A DNA stretch of 63,999 nt, filler included, from Reclinomonas americana ATCC 50394 (taxonomy: Eukaryota): assembly GCA_048213135.1 (NCBI GenBank). It is 7 parts of 5 records of this genome, joined end to end, with 100 filler letters (N's around TTAATTAATTAA, not from the genome) between each part and the next. Parts side by side here need not be neighbours in the genome. Positions count along the whole stretch, not along the records: positions 44,364 to 53,746 come from PS015857.1; positions 53,847 to 60,142 come from PS015857.1; positions 60,243 to 61,405 come from PS015858.1; 4 more parts are not named here. One strand, 5' to 3'. Numbering within the stretch: position 1 is the stretch's first letter; each line of letters opens with the position of its first letter. The translations under genes and the position numbers were made by a program. The notes beneath the pieces were generated by a model that worked only from the letters and a program-made list of their open reading frames with translations, was not told where the DNA came from and did not search any database. Of this stretch, positions 49,929 through 61,328 are shown in pieces.

Positions 49929-52900
49929 TCACACCACCGGAATGGCCACTTGCGTGTTGATGCCGCATTCGCCCTGGAAAGGGAGGAGAAGGAGGTGGGA
50001 AACAAAGGAAGGGAACGGAAGACAGAGGAGAAGAGAAGACGAACGTGGAGGAGGAAGAAGAATTGTAGAGACAAGGGAATAGAGAAGAGAGGAAGACGGA
50101 GGAGGAAGAAGAAGATAGGCAGGAGAAGGAAGTGTGGGGAGAGAGAAAAATTGAGCTAAGGAGGAGTCGCAGGCACTCGTTTAAGAAAAGCGAAGATTAT
50201 GAAGGAGGAAGAAGAAGAAGAAAGGAAAGAGAAGGAAGTGTGGGGAGAGGAGGGAAGGAGAGGAAAGAGAAGAGAACGAGTCGAAAGCACTCGCGCTGTG
50301 TGCGTCGTGACCTGGATGCGACAAAAGGGAGAAGACGAGAGAGAGCACAGGAAGAGTACAGGATAGAGAAGGAGACGAAGGCACTCGCACAGTGTGTGTT
50401 GTGAAATGAAGGTGAGAAACAAAGGAGAGAACCGAAGATGGCGAAGAGCGAGGAAGAAGAAGAAAGAAAGAAATAGTAGTGGGGAAGAGTTTGCGCAACA
50501 GTTCCACGGCGGATCTTGAAGTAGCCATCCTGTGCAGCATAGCTTGGTGAGAGAGAATTGCAGAGATACTCCAATTGAGGATGACGCAACAATGCCCCAC
50601 TTCTTGCCCCAGCTGTGCCGCGGAAAAAAGACAGAGACGAGAGTGAGAACGAAAGGGAACTGAGGTGACTGGAGGACACGGCATCGAACCTGTTCTTCAC
50701 GAGCCAGTACGGCTACGAACAGAAAACTAGTGAGTCAGACAATCGATGAAGCAGTCAGAGAGTGCTTCAATGCAAACCTTTTCCTCTCCCAGCGCGCCCT
50801 TGTCAATTCCGTAGCCTGTGTAGTGTCAAGTCAGTGATCTCATTCTTCTTCTGTGCTTTGAGACGGCGACGCACCGACGAGCAGCACGGCGTGGTCCAGC
50901 GACGTCGGATCGCAGAACGGCGGGTGCCACACCTGTCAAGAAGAGTCAGAAGAGGCGAAGCGAATTGTGTGCAGAGGATGCACGCAACTCCCGAGTGGTA
51001 GAACTGCAGCATCTCGGCGTTGAGGGCCACACTCAGGGGGCCGCGAGCCACCAGCGTGCTGGCGATCGTGGTCTCGTCCTTGTCAATGGCTCTGCAGAGA
51101 GGGTGAGTCCGTGGACAAGTCAATCAAGCGGCATGATTGACGCACTCCCAGCTGCGAATGTGCGCCGTGAAGTGGCTCTGGGAGGTGGCCAGACAGTGCC
51201 ACTGGGTGCTGCAGGCGGAGGTTGGCGACAGGCACAGAAGAAGTGATCAACGGAAGAGATAGACGCACGCATTGCAGAAGGACGGGCCGGGGCCTATGAG
51301 CAAACGGTGAGCAAGAACAACAGGGAGAGGAAGGTCGACGTATGAGTACGTACCGCACATGGTCTTGTTGTAGTTGACGGGCATGCATGGGAAGCAGCCT
51401 GCAAAGGCATGAAATGGGGGTGGGAAGGGGAAAGGGGAAGGAAACTTGAAGACAAACCATCGCAGCACTGCAAACGGATGCAGTCAGCAAAGAACACCGT
51501 GCAATGACAACACACAAGCGACGCAACGTAAGGATAATCGGCCTCGCTCATCAGACCGCCGACCTTGATAATGTACTCGAACACCAGGTACGGCCAGCTG
51601 CGACATGACGACAAAGAGACATGAGGAGACATTCACAGTTGGGAAGACAAATCGAAGAGCATGGTCGTGCAGCGAGAGAGAGCGAGAGAAGAATGACCAA
51701 CAACTAGAGAAAGCGACGCACATAAATGCACACGGGTGACAAGGACAACATCATGAGCCGAGAGCAGGGTTGAGATGCACAAAGCGGTGTTCGGCCCAAC
51801 AACTAGTCGAAACGAAAAGAGCCAAACACAAATGCACACACAGAGAGAATTGAAAATAAGGGCGATCGGAGCACCATCAGCCAAGAGCAGGTGTGAGATG
51901 CAGGGAGCGGTGTTCGGCCCAACAACCAGTAGAAATGGAACGAGCCAGACACAAAATGTGCACACAGGGAGAATAGAAACAGAAGGGTGACTGGGACAGC
52001 ACCATGAACACGAGATCAGCACTTGACCCAAACAATCAGCGGATCATAAAGAGACATCGAAACGGTAAAGACAAAGTTGAACAACTCAAATTGCAACGAG
52101 AGCAGGACAGAAGCGTACACGACGTGACGCACAGACAACGCACCCGCCAAACACGCCACAGTCATTGCTGTCGCACTCGACCACTTGCTGAACGCTCTGC
52201 GCATCCAACATAGCAAGTCAGTCACGGCACAACTGACCTCGCACGCCCCACGAATCGCCCCACCATCTGAGTCAGCTTGTTACCAGCCAAAAAGTACTGG
52301 CCCTCACTGCGCAGGCAATGAGCAAGCGGAGACAAAAAGAAAAGATATTACCAACAAAACGCACATGGCCTGGGCGGCGGAAAACGCGTAGCCTGCGAGA
52401 AGAGAGTGAACACGAGATGGTCCGGACGCTAAGCGGCAAGGATTTCGTCACGCAACAGGTGCCGCAAGCCGACTGGTCGCGCACGTCGCTCACGGCTCCG
52501 TGGTCACGCCAGTCGAATGACTCGGGCGGGGCCATGAATGTGCCTGCAACCGGTGTCAGCCACGTGACACAGCAAAGGATGGATTGAAGAGCGACGCAAC
52601 GGAGCACGGGTGCGTAGCGCTCGCGAGGGAGCACGCTCGGCTCGCGCGACGGCATGAGCACCTTGGTGCGGAACTCGTCCGGGCGCATGTCGGCGTACGG
52701 GGTGTTGATGGAGAAGACCACGTCGTCGCCACCGGACTGCTCCGGGAAGGGGAAGGAGTGAGATAAAGGGGAAGGCGCTCACCAAGGATGGAGACAGAGA
52801 GGGACATAAGCGTGAAGTGATTGGAGAGGGAGGAAAGAATGCCAGCTGGCGAATCGGAAGACAGGGGGAAGAATGCGAGAGAGGGGACGTATGACCAGGA

Positions 52901-54143
52901 TGGGTGAATGTCTGCAAAGTGAGTGAAACAGAAAGGAAGGCAACTGGACAGAGGAAACAAGGTAAGGGGAAAACGATAAGAGCGGGTGAGAAGGCGTATC
53001 TGCCTGGTCTGAGGAAAAGAAACGGAAACCAGATGCCAAGGCAGTGCGCAAGTGAATGAGAACACGATAGGGTGATGCAAATGACTGAGTGAGACGCCGG
53101 GGGTGTGCGCAAGTGAATGAGAACACGATAGGGCGATGAGAATGAATGAGTGAGACGCCGGGGGTGTGCGCAAGTGAGTGGGAATACAATAGGTCTGGGT
53201 GAGAATGAATGAGTGAGACGTCGGGTGTACGCAAGTGAGTGGGAACACGAAAGGACTGGGTGAGAATGAGAGAGTGTCAAGTAATGCCTGCGAGTAAAGA
53301 AAAAAGGAAAGGGGGAAACGTGAGGAGAATGCGCGATGAGGATGATGCCTGCAGTGGGGGAGAAGGGAAACAGACAATCATGCATGCCTCGAGCGCAAGA
53401 ACTCTGGAGTGAAGAATCGGATCAAGGAGAGAGAGACAGGCAGTCGTCGCGTCTCATTCTCTCCTCACCTTGCGCTCATTGAGCTGTCGCACCAGGGCGA
53501 CATTGTTCTTGAAGGTCTGGAAGCGCACTTGCTCCTCCGACAGCGACTTGTACCGCTTTCCGTGTTCCGCCTTCCATTCGCCAAACGCGCGCTCGTCCTC
53601 GACGAGATCGTCGTCGAGAGAAGAGGTGGAGGGCTGTGTGGTGAGTGGGAAGGGGGGTGAGGGGGGACGGTAAGGGGAAGGGATGAGTGCGAGTGAGTGA
53701 GTGAAGGGAGGGAAAGAGTGACAGAGTGAGTGAGTGAGTGAGTGAGNNNNNNNNNNNNNNNNNNNNNNNNNNNNNNNNNNNNNNNNNNNNTTAATTAATT
53801 AANNNNNNNNNNNNNNNNNNNNNNNNNNNNNNNNNNNNNNNNNNNNGAGGGAGTGAGGGAGGGAGTGAGTGAGTGAGTGAGTGAGTGAGTGAGTGAGAGA
53901 GTGAGTGAGTGAGTGAGTGAGTGAGTGAGTGAGTGAGTGAGAATGCCTCCGAAGAATGCTGACGAGTTCGCTCTCTCTCTCTCACACACACAATGCACGA
54001 GTGAGAGACAACCTCCTCTCACACACACACTTCTCTCTCTCTTCTCTTTCACTCACCCCTCGCTTGAGCTGCGACGAGTGCGCAGTCGCAGTCAGCACAC
54101 AAAGTGCGACGAGAAGAGTGCACAAGAGGAGCACTGCGCGCAT
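49929..54143 (-). CDS. Papain-family (C1A) cysteine protease, cathepsin L/F-like, with signal peptide and I29 prodomain; 19 exons
   Basis: The spliced product has a signal peptide (MRAVLLLCTLLVALCVL), an ERFNIN-type prodomain (EEQVRFQTFKNNVALVRQLN), PESFDWRDHGAV, catalytic Cys (DQSACGTCYAFS), CGVFGGWP, catalytic His (LDHAVLLVGYG) and Asn (YWLVKNSWGKKWGIDGYFKI). It ends GECGINTQVAIPVV*. Confidence 0.93.
53040..53275. repeat. Intronic tandem repeat, ~60 bp x4
   Basis: GTGCGCAAGTGA.TG.GAA.AC.ATAGG...GAGTGAGACG recurs. Confidence 0.75.
53864..53941. repeat. (GTGA)n tetranucleotide microsatellite (also at 925-954 and 53725-53746)
   Basis: Direct reading. Confidence 0.9.
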
Positions 54144-54207
54144 GTGAGCAATCAATCTCTTCGGAGGAGGAGGACACCTTTACATCAATGGTATTACATT
54201 GCGACGT

Positions 54208-57200
54208 TTATTTGATGCATTCTCCTCTCTCTTGAATGCCTCGTTTTCTCTCGTCTGTGCGGGGATCATCGTCGAGCAGATGTGGTCGTGGCGGCGCCGG
54301 TGAGTCGCGTGCTTGATGGTCGTCCACTGCACGACGTTCTTGTCTGAGAAACAATCGCGGATTGCACTCGTCTCTCACCTCTCTTTCCCTCTTGTTTTCT
54401 TCATCCTTCGTTCTCTCCTTCCACTCCTTCACTCACACTCTCAAACAACTCTTCCTCCTCTTCTTCTTCTTCTTCACAACCACACACCCTCTTCATTTCT
54501 CCTTGACAGAGACGCACAATCTCTCTCTCGCTCTGCCTCCACCTCTTACTCCTTCTCTCTCCCCTCTCTTTCTCTCTCTCTCTCTCCCTCTCTCAGTCTT
54601 GCTTGTACTCTCTTTGAAGCACACACCCAACTTATCTCTTTCGCTCTTTCTCTCCACCCTCCATAATCTCCTTTCTGCACTTGTTTTTCCTCAACACCTT
54701 CGTTCTCTCCTTACACTCCCACACTTTCACTCTCTCTCTCTCTCTCTCCCTCTCTCTCAGTCTTGCTTGTGCTCGCTTTCACACCCTCAACTTATCTCTT
54801 TCACCCCGTGCTTCCTACTCCCTTCTCTCTTCTTCTGGACTCCTCATTCCTTCACTGTCTCTCTCTTCCTGTCTCACTCGATTCTCTCTTTCCTTCACTC
54901 CTGCACTCCTGCTTCACTCTCCCCAAGCTTTCACTCTTGCTACCGTTCGCTGGTTTCCTTTACTTTCTCTATTCTTCCCTCCCTGCCATCGCTACCACCT
55001 TCACTCGCTCTCTCTCCTCTTTCTTCACTCTCCTTCGCTCTCACCGCCTCTCTCCTCACTTCACTCATCTCTGCGCTCTTTCTTCACTCTCCTTCGCTTA
55101 CACCCCTCTCTCTTCTTCTTCACTCCTTCCTTTCCTGCCACCTTCTCTGTCTTTCTCTGCCCCCTCGCTCATTCCCTTTCTCCTCCCTCTTCTCTCTTGC
55201 CTCTCCTTCGCTCTCAATCTCTTCACTCCGTTCCTTCGCTCCTTCCCCCATTCTTCTCTCTCGCTCACCTCCCGTCGACGGCCATGGCCGACGAACTCGT
55301 TCTCCGCGAGAGACTCGATGTTCTGTGCGCGCGCGAGATGAGACCACAGAAACGAATCGCAGCATGCAGTGTTCATGCCACGCAACTGCGATGGAGGCAT
55401 GACTGGCACGGGTGGTGGAATCCCGGGATTCAAGTACGACTGGCTTGCCGGACGTGCGCTGAGTCGCTTGGCTTCCTCCCTGCGACGATATCATCAGCGA
55501 CGAACACAAACACGAAGGTAGAGAACTCTTTTCCCTCAATCCCCTTTCCCTCATTCCCCTTCTCCTCTCAATCCCACCAACCTGGCCAGGAGTTCCGCTC
55601 GCTTCTTCGGCAGCTCCTGCAAACAGTACGCCTGGTGCGCCGGATCCAGAGCCATGGCCTCTCCAAAGAAATAAATGAGCTCCCGCAAATGATCGTCCGT
55701 GATCTTCAGCGGCGATCTCCGCGACGCCGAGGCCGGTGACAACACAGCGCCCGTCGGTTCTGCGACGCTGGCGGAACCATCGGCGGCGGGCAGTCGGGAG
55801 GACACGGGCGCGGTTGACGACGACGACGATGCGCTTCGTCGCACCGACGACGACATGGTCGAGGCACTGATGCTGCGTGGCGGGGTCGACGAGGCCGCCC
55901 CCGTTGCCGAGACGGCACCGGAAGCAGCAGCGGCAGCCATGGTCGCCGACGTAATGGTGGACGGTTTGGCAGGGGGCGCCGGTCCCAGGCCGGTAACCGT
56001 GCCCGGTTTGGCGGCGGCTCGCAGACTGCCGCTGCCGGTTCGGGGTAATGAGTCGCCGGCGGGGGGGAAGACCGACGATGAAGACGAGGATGACGATGAT
56101 GATCCGCCCGGAGCAGTTGGTGGTGTGCTGACTGGCGTGGGCGTCGAGATGGGAGCCTCTTTCACTGTGTAAGAGATGTGAGTGGAAAGGAGAGGAAGAA
56201 GAAGGGAAAGGATGACAAAGTAATGGCGAGAGCGGTATGTGATAGAAAGAATCGTGGCGATGAGAGAATGCACAGCGACACAAACGAAGTCAACTCACCA
56301 ACGCGAGGAAACAATGGCCCCTGCAGTCCGCGATTCCAGTTTTGCAGCAACATATTGAGCGATCGCTCGGCTTCACCGAGGCGTTCAAACATCGGGAACT
56401 GCCGATTGATATCGGCACTGCGTGAAACGCAAGAATTTTAGCCAGGCTTCCACAAATAAAGACGAGCGACAATAAAACGCACCTTGTACACGCGAGCTTG
56501 GTGACCTCCGGCATTGACGCCATCACGCCACCCCATCCAGGCACACCGATATCCAAATATCCGAGTGGCGTGGGTATACTGGGAATCTATTATCGCACTT
56601 GGTTGGTGAAAGCATATCTCAATGGAAACAGCACTGGCTCTTCCCTCTGACCTGCTTGCGTGTCTTTAACCGCGTATCCAACTCTTGGGTGATGGTCTGG
56701 TAGAACAGCAGCGAGGGCTGGTATCTGTTCTCCATGATGGCATGCACGACCTCCTCCCACGGTCCAACCTGCCAGCCAGTCGCTCACGCGTCAACACACG
56801 CACGTGTGCAATCTTCCTCCACATCATTCCACGCGCACTCACCGATCTCACGTTCGTGTCGTCAAACGCAATCCACTCATTCGTCAAGCCGCGGAACGTG
56901 TACACCACGTAATGGTTCAACGAGTAGCACACGAGCGACGTGAGAACGTATGTTGTCGGCGAACGCTGTCGCTCGATAGTCACCACACGCATTCGCGGGG
57001 ATCGATCGCCGGAGCCCTCCAAGGTGCGGTCGGTCACTGCCGACACAAAAGTGTAAAGAAAAGAGGAAGGAGGGAGGGAGAGAGGACAGGAGGGACAGCC
57101 ATGAACGCACCAGCATGGCATTTGAGCTTGGGGACCATGTGAGACCAGTGTGCAGGCTTCTTGGTGTCGGCGTCGTCGTGGCCGCGGAATACCTGCTCGA

Positions 57201-60031
57201 GATCGATGGCGGTGTCGATGGAGGAGGCCACGGCTGCAAAGAGGGAGAGAGAGAGAGGAGGGTGGTGAGAGGGATAGTAGGAGGTAGGGGGAGGGAAAGG
57301 AGGAAGGGGGAACAGCAGGGGGAGAGCAACGAGGGGGAATACGATGGGGAAGTGCAAGGGGGGAGAGCAACGAGGGGGAATACGATGGGGAAGTGCAAGG
57401 GGGGAGTATGTTGGACGAGAGAACTGGGGAGCGAAGGGGGGAGAGGATGGGGGAGGAGCACGAGGGAGAGCATGGGGAAAGAGCATGAGCGGAGAGCATG
57501 GGGGGAGAGCATGGGCGGAGAGCATGGGGGGAAAGCAAAGGGGGGAAAAGCATGGAGAAAGAGCATGCGGGAACAGCATGCGGGAACAGCATGGGGGAAG
57601 AGCACGGGGGAATACGATGGGGAAGTGCAAGGGGGAAGAGCAAGGGGGAAGAGCAAGGGGGAAGAGCAAGGGGGAAGACATGGGGGGGAAGAGCACGGGG
57701 GAGAGCNNNNNNNNNNNNNNNNNNNNNNNNNNNNNNNNNNNNNNNNNNNNNNNNNNNNNNNNNNNNNNNNNNNNNNNNNNNNNNNNNNNNNNNNNNNNNN
57801 NNNNNNNNNNNNNNNNNNNNNNNNNNNNNNNNNNNNNNNNNNNNNNNNNNNNNNNNNNNNNNNNNNNNNNNNNNNNNNNNNNNNNNNNNNNNNNNNNNNN
57901 NNNNNNNNNNNNNNNNNNNNNNNNNNNNNNNNNNNNNNNNNNNNNNNNNNNNNNNNNNNNNNNNNNNNNNNNNNNNNNNNNNNNNNNNNNNNNNNNNNNN
58001 NNNNNNNNNNNNNNNNNNNNNNNNNNNNNNNNNNNNNNNNNNNNNNNNNNNNNNNNNNNNNNNNNNNNNNNNNNNNNNNNNNNNNNNNNNNNNNNNNNNN
58101 NNNNNNNNNNNNNNNNNNNNNNNNNNNNNNNNNNNNNNNNNNNNNNNNNNNNNNNNNNNNNNNNNNNNNNNNNNNNNNNNNNNNNNNNNNNNGGGGGGAG
58201 AGCAAAGGAGGAAGAAAGGGGCAAAGTGAAGGTGAAGAAGAAGGGAAATGAGAAGGGAGGGAAGAGCAGAGGGATACAGGGAGGATTCGGCCGACAGAGA
58301 GTAACGAATACGGGAGACACAAGCGGAGAAACAAGCGGCACCAGATTCGAAACATAGAACATCCATGCCACATACCTCGAATCACTTCTTGCGCCGAGTG
58401 ATTGGTGTTCCACGCCAAGCCAATGCAGAACACAGTGGGATTGTTGCGAAGCGAGGCCGTGCGCGTGCACTTGAGTGAACATGTCGGCTACGCACGCACG
58501 TGTCAGTGGAAGAAAGATGTAGCGCGCACGATATGCATTCAATTCGCACCTCGTTTGGACACGACATCATGGAGACACCCAGCGACTGATGCACCACGTC
58601 ATCGAATCCGCGAATCACGTCGCCAAAGTTCATGTATTTCCTGTGAACGAGAATTCTCATCAGCTGCACGTGACACGGTATGGTGACACAGCGACAGCTA
58701 CGCAACACCACATCGGCCACGTTGACTGTCTGCACGTACTGCACGGTCTGTTCGAGAGACGACTCGACGCCACACAGACACTTGGATTGCCACTCGATTT
58801 GCTGGCCAAACACCTCGTCGATCAGCGTCGGGGATTTTGAGTAGGTGAGGTCGGACATTAGCAGGCTGATTACGGTTTGCTGGCGGGAGGGGGAAGGGAT
58901 AAGTGAGTGAACAGGAAGGGGGAAGGGGAGAAGGGGGAGAAGGAGAGAGAAGAGGGCGAGAAAGAATGCATGGCGAATTACAACAGAGGAAAGCAAAGCT
59001 GGTGAGTGTACAGGAAGAGGGAGCAAGGGAGAATTGTGACGCATGGATTGTGATTGACAGCGACAAGAGTGACAGCGACAAGAGCGACAGCGACACGCGA
59101 GCAACAGCGATGAGAGCGACACGAGAGTCAACGACACGGAGCGACAGCGACACAGAGCGACAGCCACAAAGCGACAGCCACAAAGCGACAGCCACAAAGC
59201 GACAGCGACACCGAGAGCGACAGCAATACACAACACCAGCAGCAACAGCGACAGCGACAAGAGAGACAGCGACAAGAGCAACAGCGACACGAGCGACTGC
59301 AACACGAGCGACAGCGACACGAGCGACTGCAACACGGAGCGACACGCGACGAGAGCGAGACAGCGACACGAGCGACTGCAACGGAACTGCAACACGGGGC
59401 GACAGCGACACGAGCGACTGCAACGGGACTGTAACACGGGGCGACAGCGACGAGAGCGACAGTCGACGAGAGCGAGACAGCGATACGAGCGACAGCAACA
59501 CGAGCAACAGCGATACGAGCGACAGCAGCAGGAGCGACAGCACAGCGACACAGAGCGACAGCGACACGAGAGGGAGAATCAATGGGGAGAGAACGAGACA
59601 GGGAAACAAGTGACAACGCTGCACGGGAGAGAGAAACGGATGGCACAAGCAAAAGAGGAAACGAGGAGCTTGAGGAAACAGAGAGTTGCAAATGCGAGCT
59701 TGTGAAAGATACGATGAGCGAGAGAGAAACTATTCATGCTCCGCACCATGGCCTCCCACGCATCCTCCATGTCACCCAAGTTGAACGCCGATGCTCTTGA
59801 CAAGGCAATGCGAACGGGCGCCGGGTCCACAATGCGCGCTCCTTCCGCGGCATACTCCCTGAACACCGTCTGTGTGCGCGACAAAGAGTGAGGACGACGA
59901 GCGCGAAGGAGGCAGCAGCGAATGCACATCGCAACTCGGAAGCCGGCCAGCACGGGCGCATAGACAACATCCTCGGGTCGCAGATCGCACTTGATGATGC
60001 GCTCGCGGAGTTGCGGGATGTGGTAGAATGT
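54208..60031 (-). CDS. USP53/USP54-like ubiquitin-specific peptidase (C19) domain protein; 5'-partial
   Basis: Spliced motifs TFYHIPQLR, FNLGDMEDAWEAM, PTVFCIGLAW, His-box LVCYSLNHYVVY...WIAFDDTNVRSVGPWEEV and YQPSLLFYQ, followed by a Ser/Ala/Pro-rich tail. The Cys-box exon lies beyond the gap at 60143. The frame of the last exon is less certain. Confidence 0.75.
57310..57706. repeat. Intronic G-rich minisatellite (GGGGGAAGAGCA-type units)
   Basis: Degenerate tandem copies running into an assembly gap. Confidence 0.75.
59055..59570. repeat. Intronic minisatellite built from GCGACA / GCGACAGCGACACGA units
   Basis: Degenerate 6/15-bp periodicity; produces spurious ATRAT/SDSDT ORFs. Confidence 0.85.
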
Positions 60032-60874
60032 CTGCGCAGAAGAAGGGAAGAAGAAGGTGAGAGTGTGGAGAGGGAGGGGAGAGAGAGAGAGAGAGGAGGA
60101 GGAGGAGAGAGAGAGAGAGAGAGAGAGAAGAAGAGGAGGGAGNNNNNNNNNNNNNNNNNNNNNNNNNNNNNNNNNNNNNNNNNNNNTTAATTAATTAANN
60201 NNNNNNNNNNNNNNNNNNNNNNNNNNNNNNNNNNNNNNNNNNGTGTACGTAGACGCTTAACTCGTTGAACCTGGGTGCTTGCCCTGCAGCTGCAGATAAG
60301 TGCAGTTCGCATTATTGGAATGTGGTGAATGAAGTGTACATGTTTTTCTTTTTTCTATTAGTATCCTATTTTGCGCCAACGCGTTTGATTGGCTTTGTCT
60401 CCTGAAAGGGAAGATGACTGTTGAAGAAGATTTTATCTATGTGTTGTATATTGTTGGTGTGCCAATGGTCATCGTCGGCAAGGGATTTGTGGACATTTGT
60501 CGCATTATTGGAATGAAGAAGTGTTTTGTGTGAAGTGTTTACGTGCATTTCATTGATCAGCTGCAAGGACGCAAGCGGACCAAGCGCGACACATTACTTT
60601 GAGGGGTGAGAGCAACACTCTCGTGAGGTCATTCCTTTCCGGCTCTCCTCCTCCTCCCCCTTCTCCACACCCACCAGTGCCAGTGCAGTATCTCTGTTCG
60701 TACCCGCGCGCCCTTTTTCTCTCCATTGTACACGTATCTTTACTCTCTCTTTCTCCCTGAGGCCCGCCCCCCCCCCCCCCTTCTCTCCCTCAGATACATG
60801 CACACACTCACGCTCCCTCCTCACTTGCTGCTTATGCCCTCCCCACTGCAGCGTGCTGTAATTGGTGGGCGAAC

Positions 60875-61291
60875 ATGACGCGCCCGCCCTTTCTCCTCCA
60901 CTCCACCACTGCGCTGCTGTGCCTCGTCGCGCTCGTGTCGCTAGTTGTGCTGTGCAGCACTGCACATGCAGCCACAGGTGAGTCCACACACACCGACCCG
61001 CACACACCACACCTTTTGTTGTTGCACAAACTCCGCTGCGGATTCGCGATGTGGCCGCGTAAAATGTGTGTTACTCTGTGTGTTGCAAAAGGACTTTTCG
61101 CCGTGTCTACACCTCCGGATCCTATCCATGTCTTCAATGTGTGCTCCTTGCAGTGCTTGCGATCGCAAGGAAGCGCTTTGCAGTTTGTACACTTTGTGCT
61201 TTCCAAACAGGTCGTCATGAATCGTGTTGTCTTCGTACCCCCTTTCCTTGTTTCTTGCTCCTCCCTGTGTCCGTTGACGTTGCACAAACAT

Positions 61292-61328
<37 letters not shown>

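Noticed and set aside
49929..54143. Alternative genetic code or non-GT-AG introns
   Set aside because: The conserved protease and the other genes reconstruct fully with the standard code and GT-AG boundaries, and TAA, TAG and TGA all serve as terminal stops. A TT-donor reading of G|TTGCGT would need non-AG acceptors.
55284..55520. Plus-strand ORF MADELVLRERLDVLC...CRTC resembling a small zinc-binding protein
   Set aside because: It overlaps phase-consistent minus-strand exons of the USP-like gene and has no independent support.
58698..59691. Long repetitive ORFs on both strands (ATRAT, SDSDT, VARVA), also at 14000-14955 and in TC/GA tracts
   Set aside because: These are translations of intronic mini- and microsatellites lying inside spliced genes.
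60243..60570. AT-richer block with a repeated 16-mer TCGCATTATTGGAATG (~60307 and ~60500)
   Set aside because: There are only two copies, next to a scaffold gap, and I could not support an ORF, terminal repeats or RNA structure.
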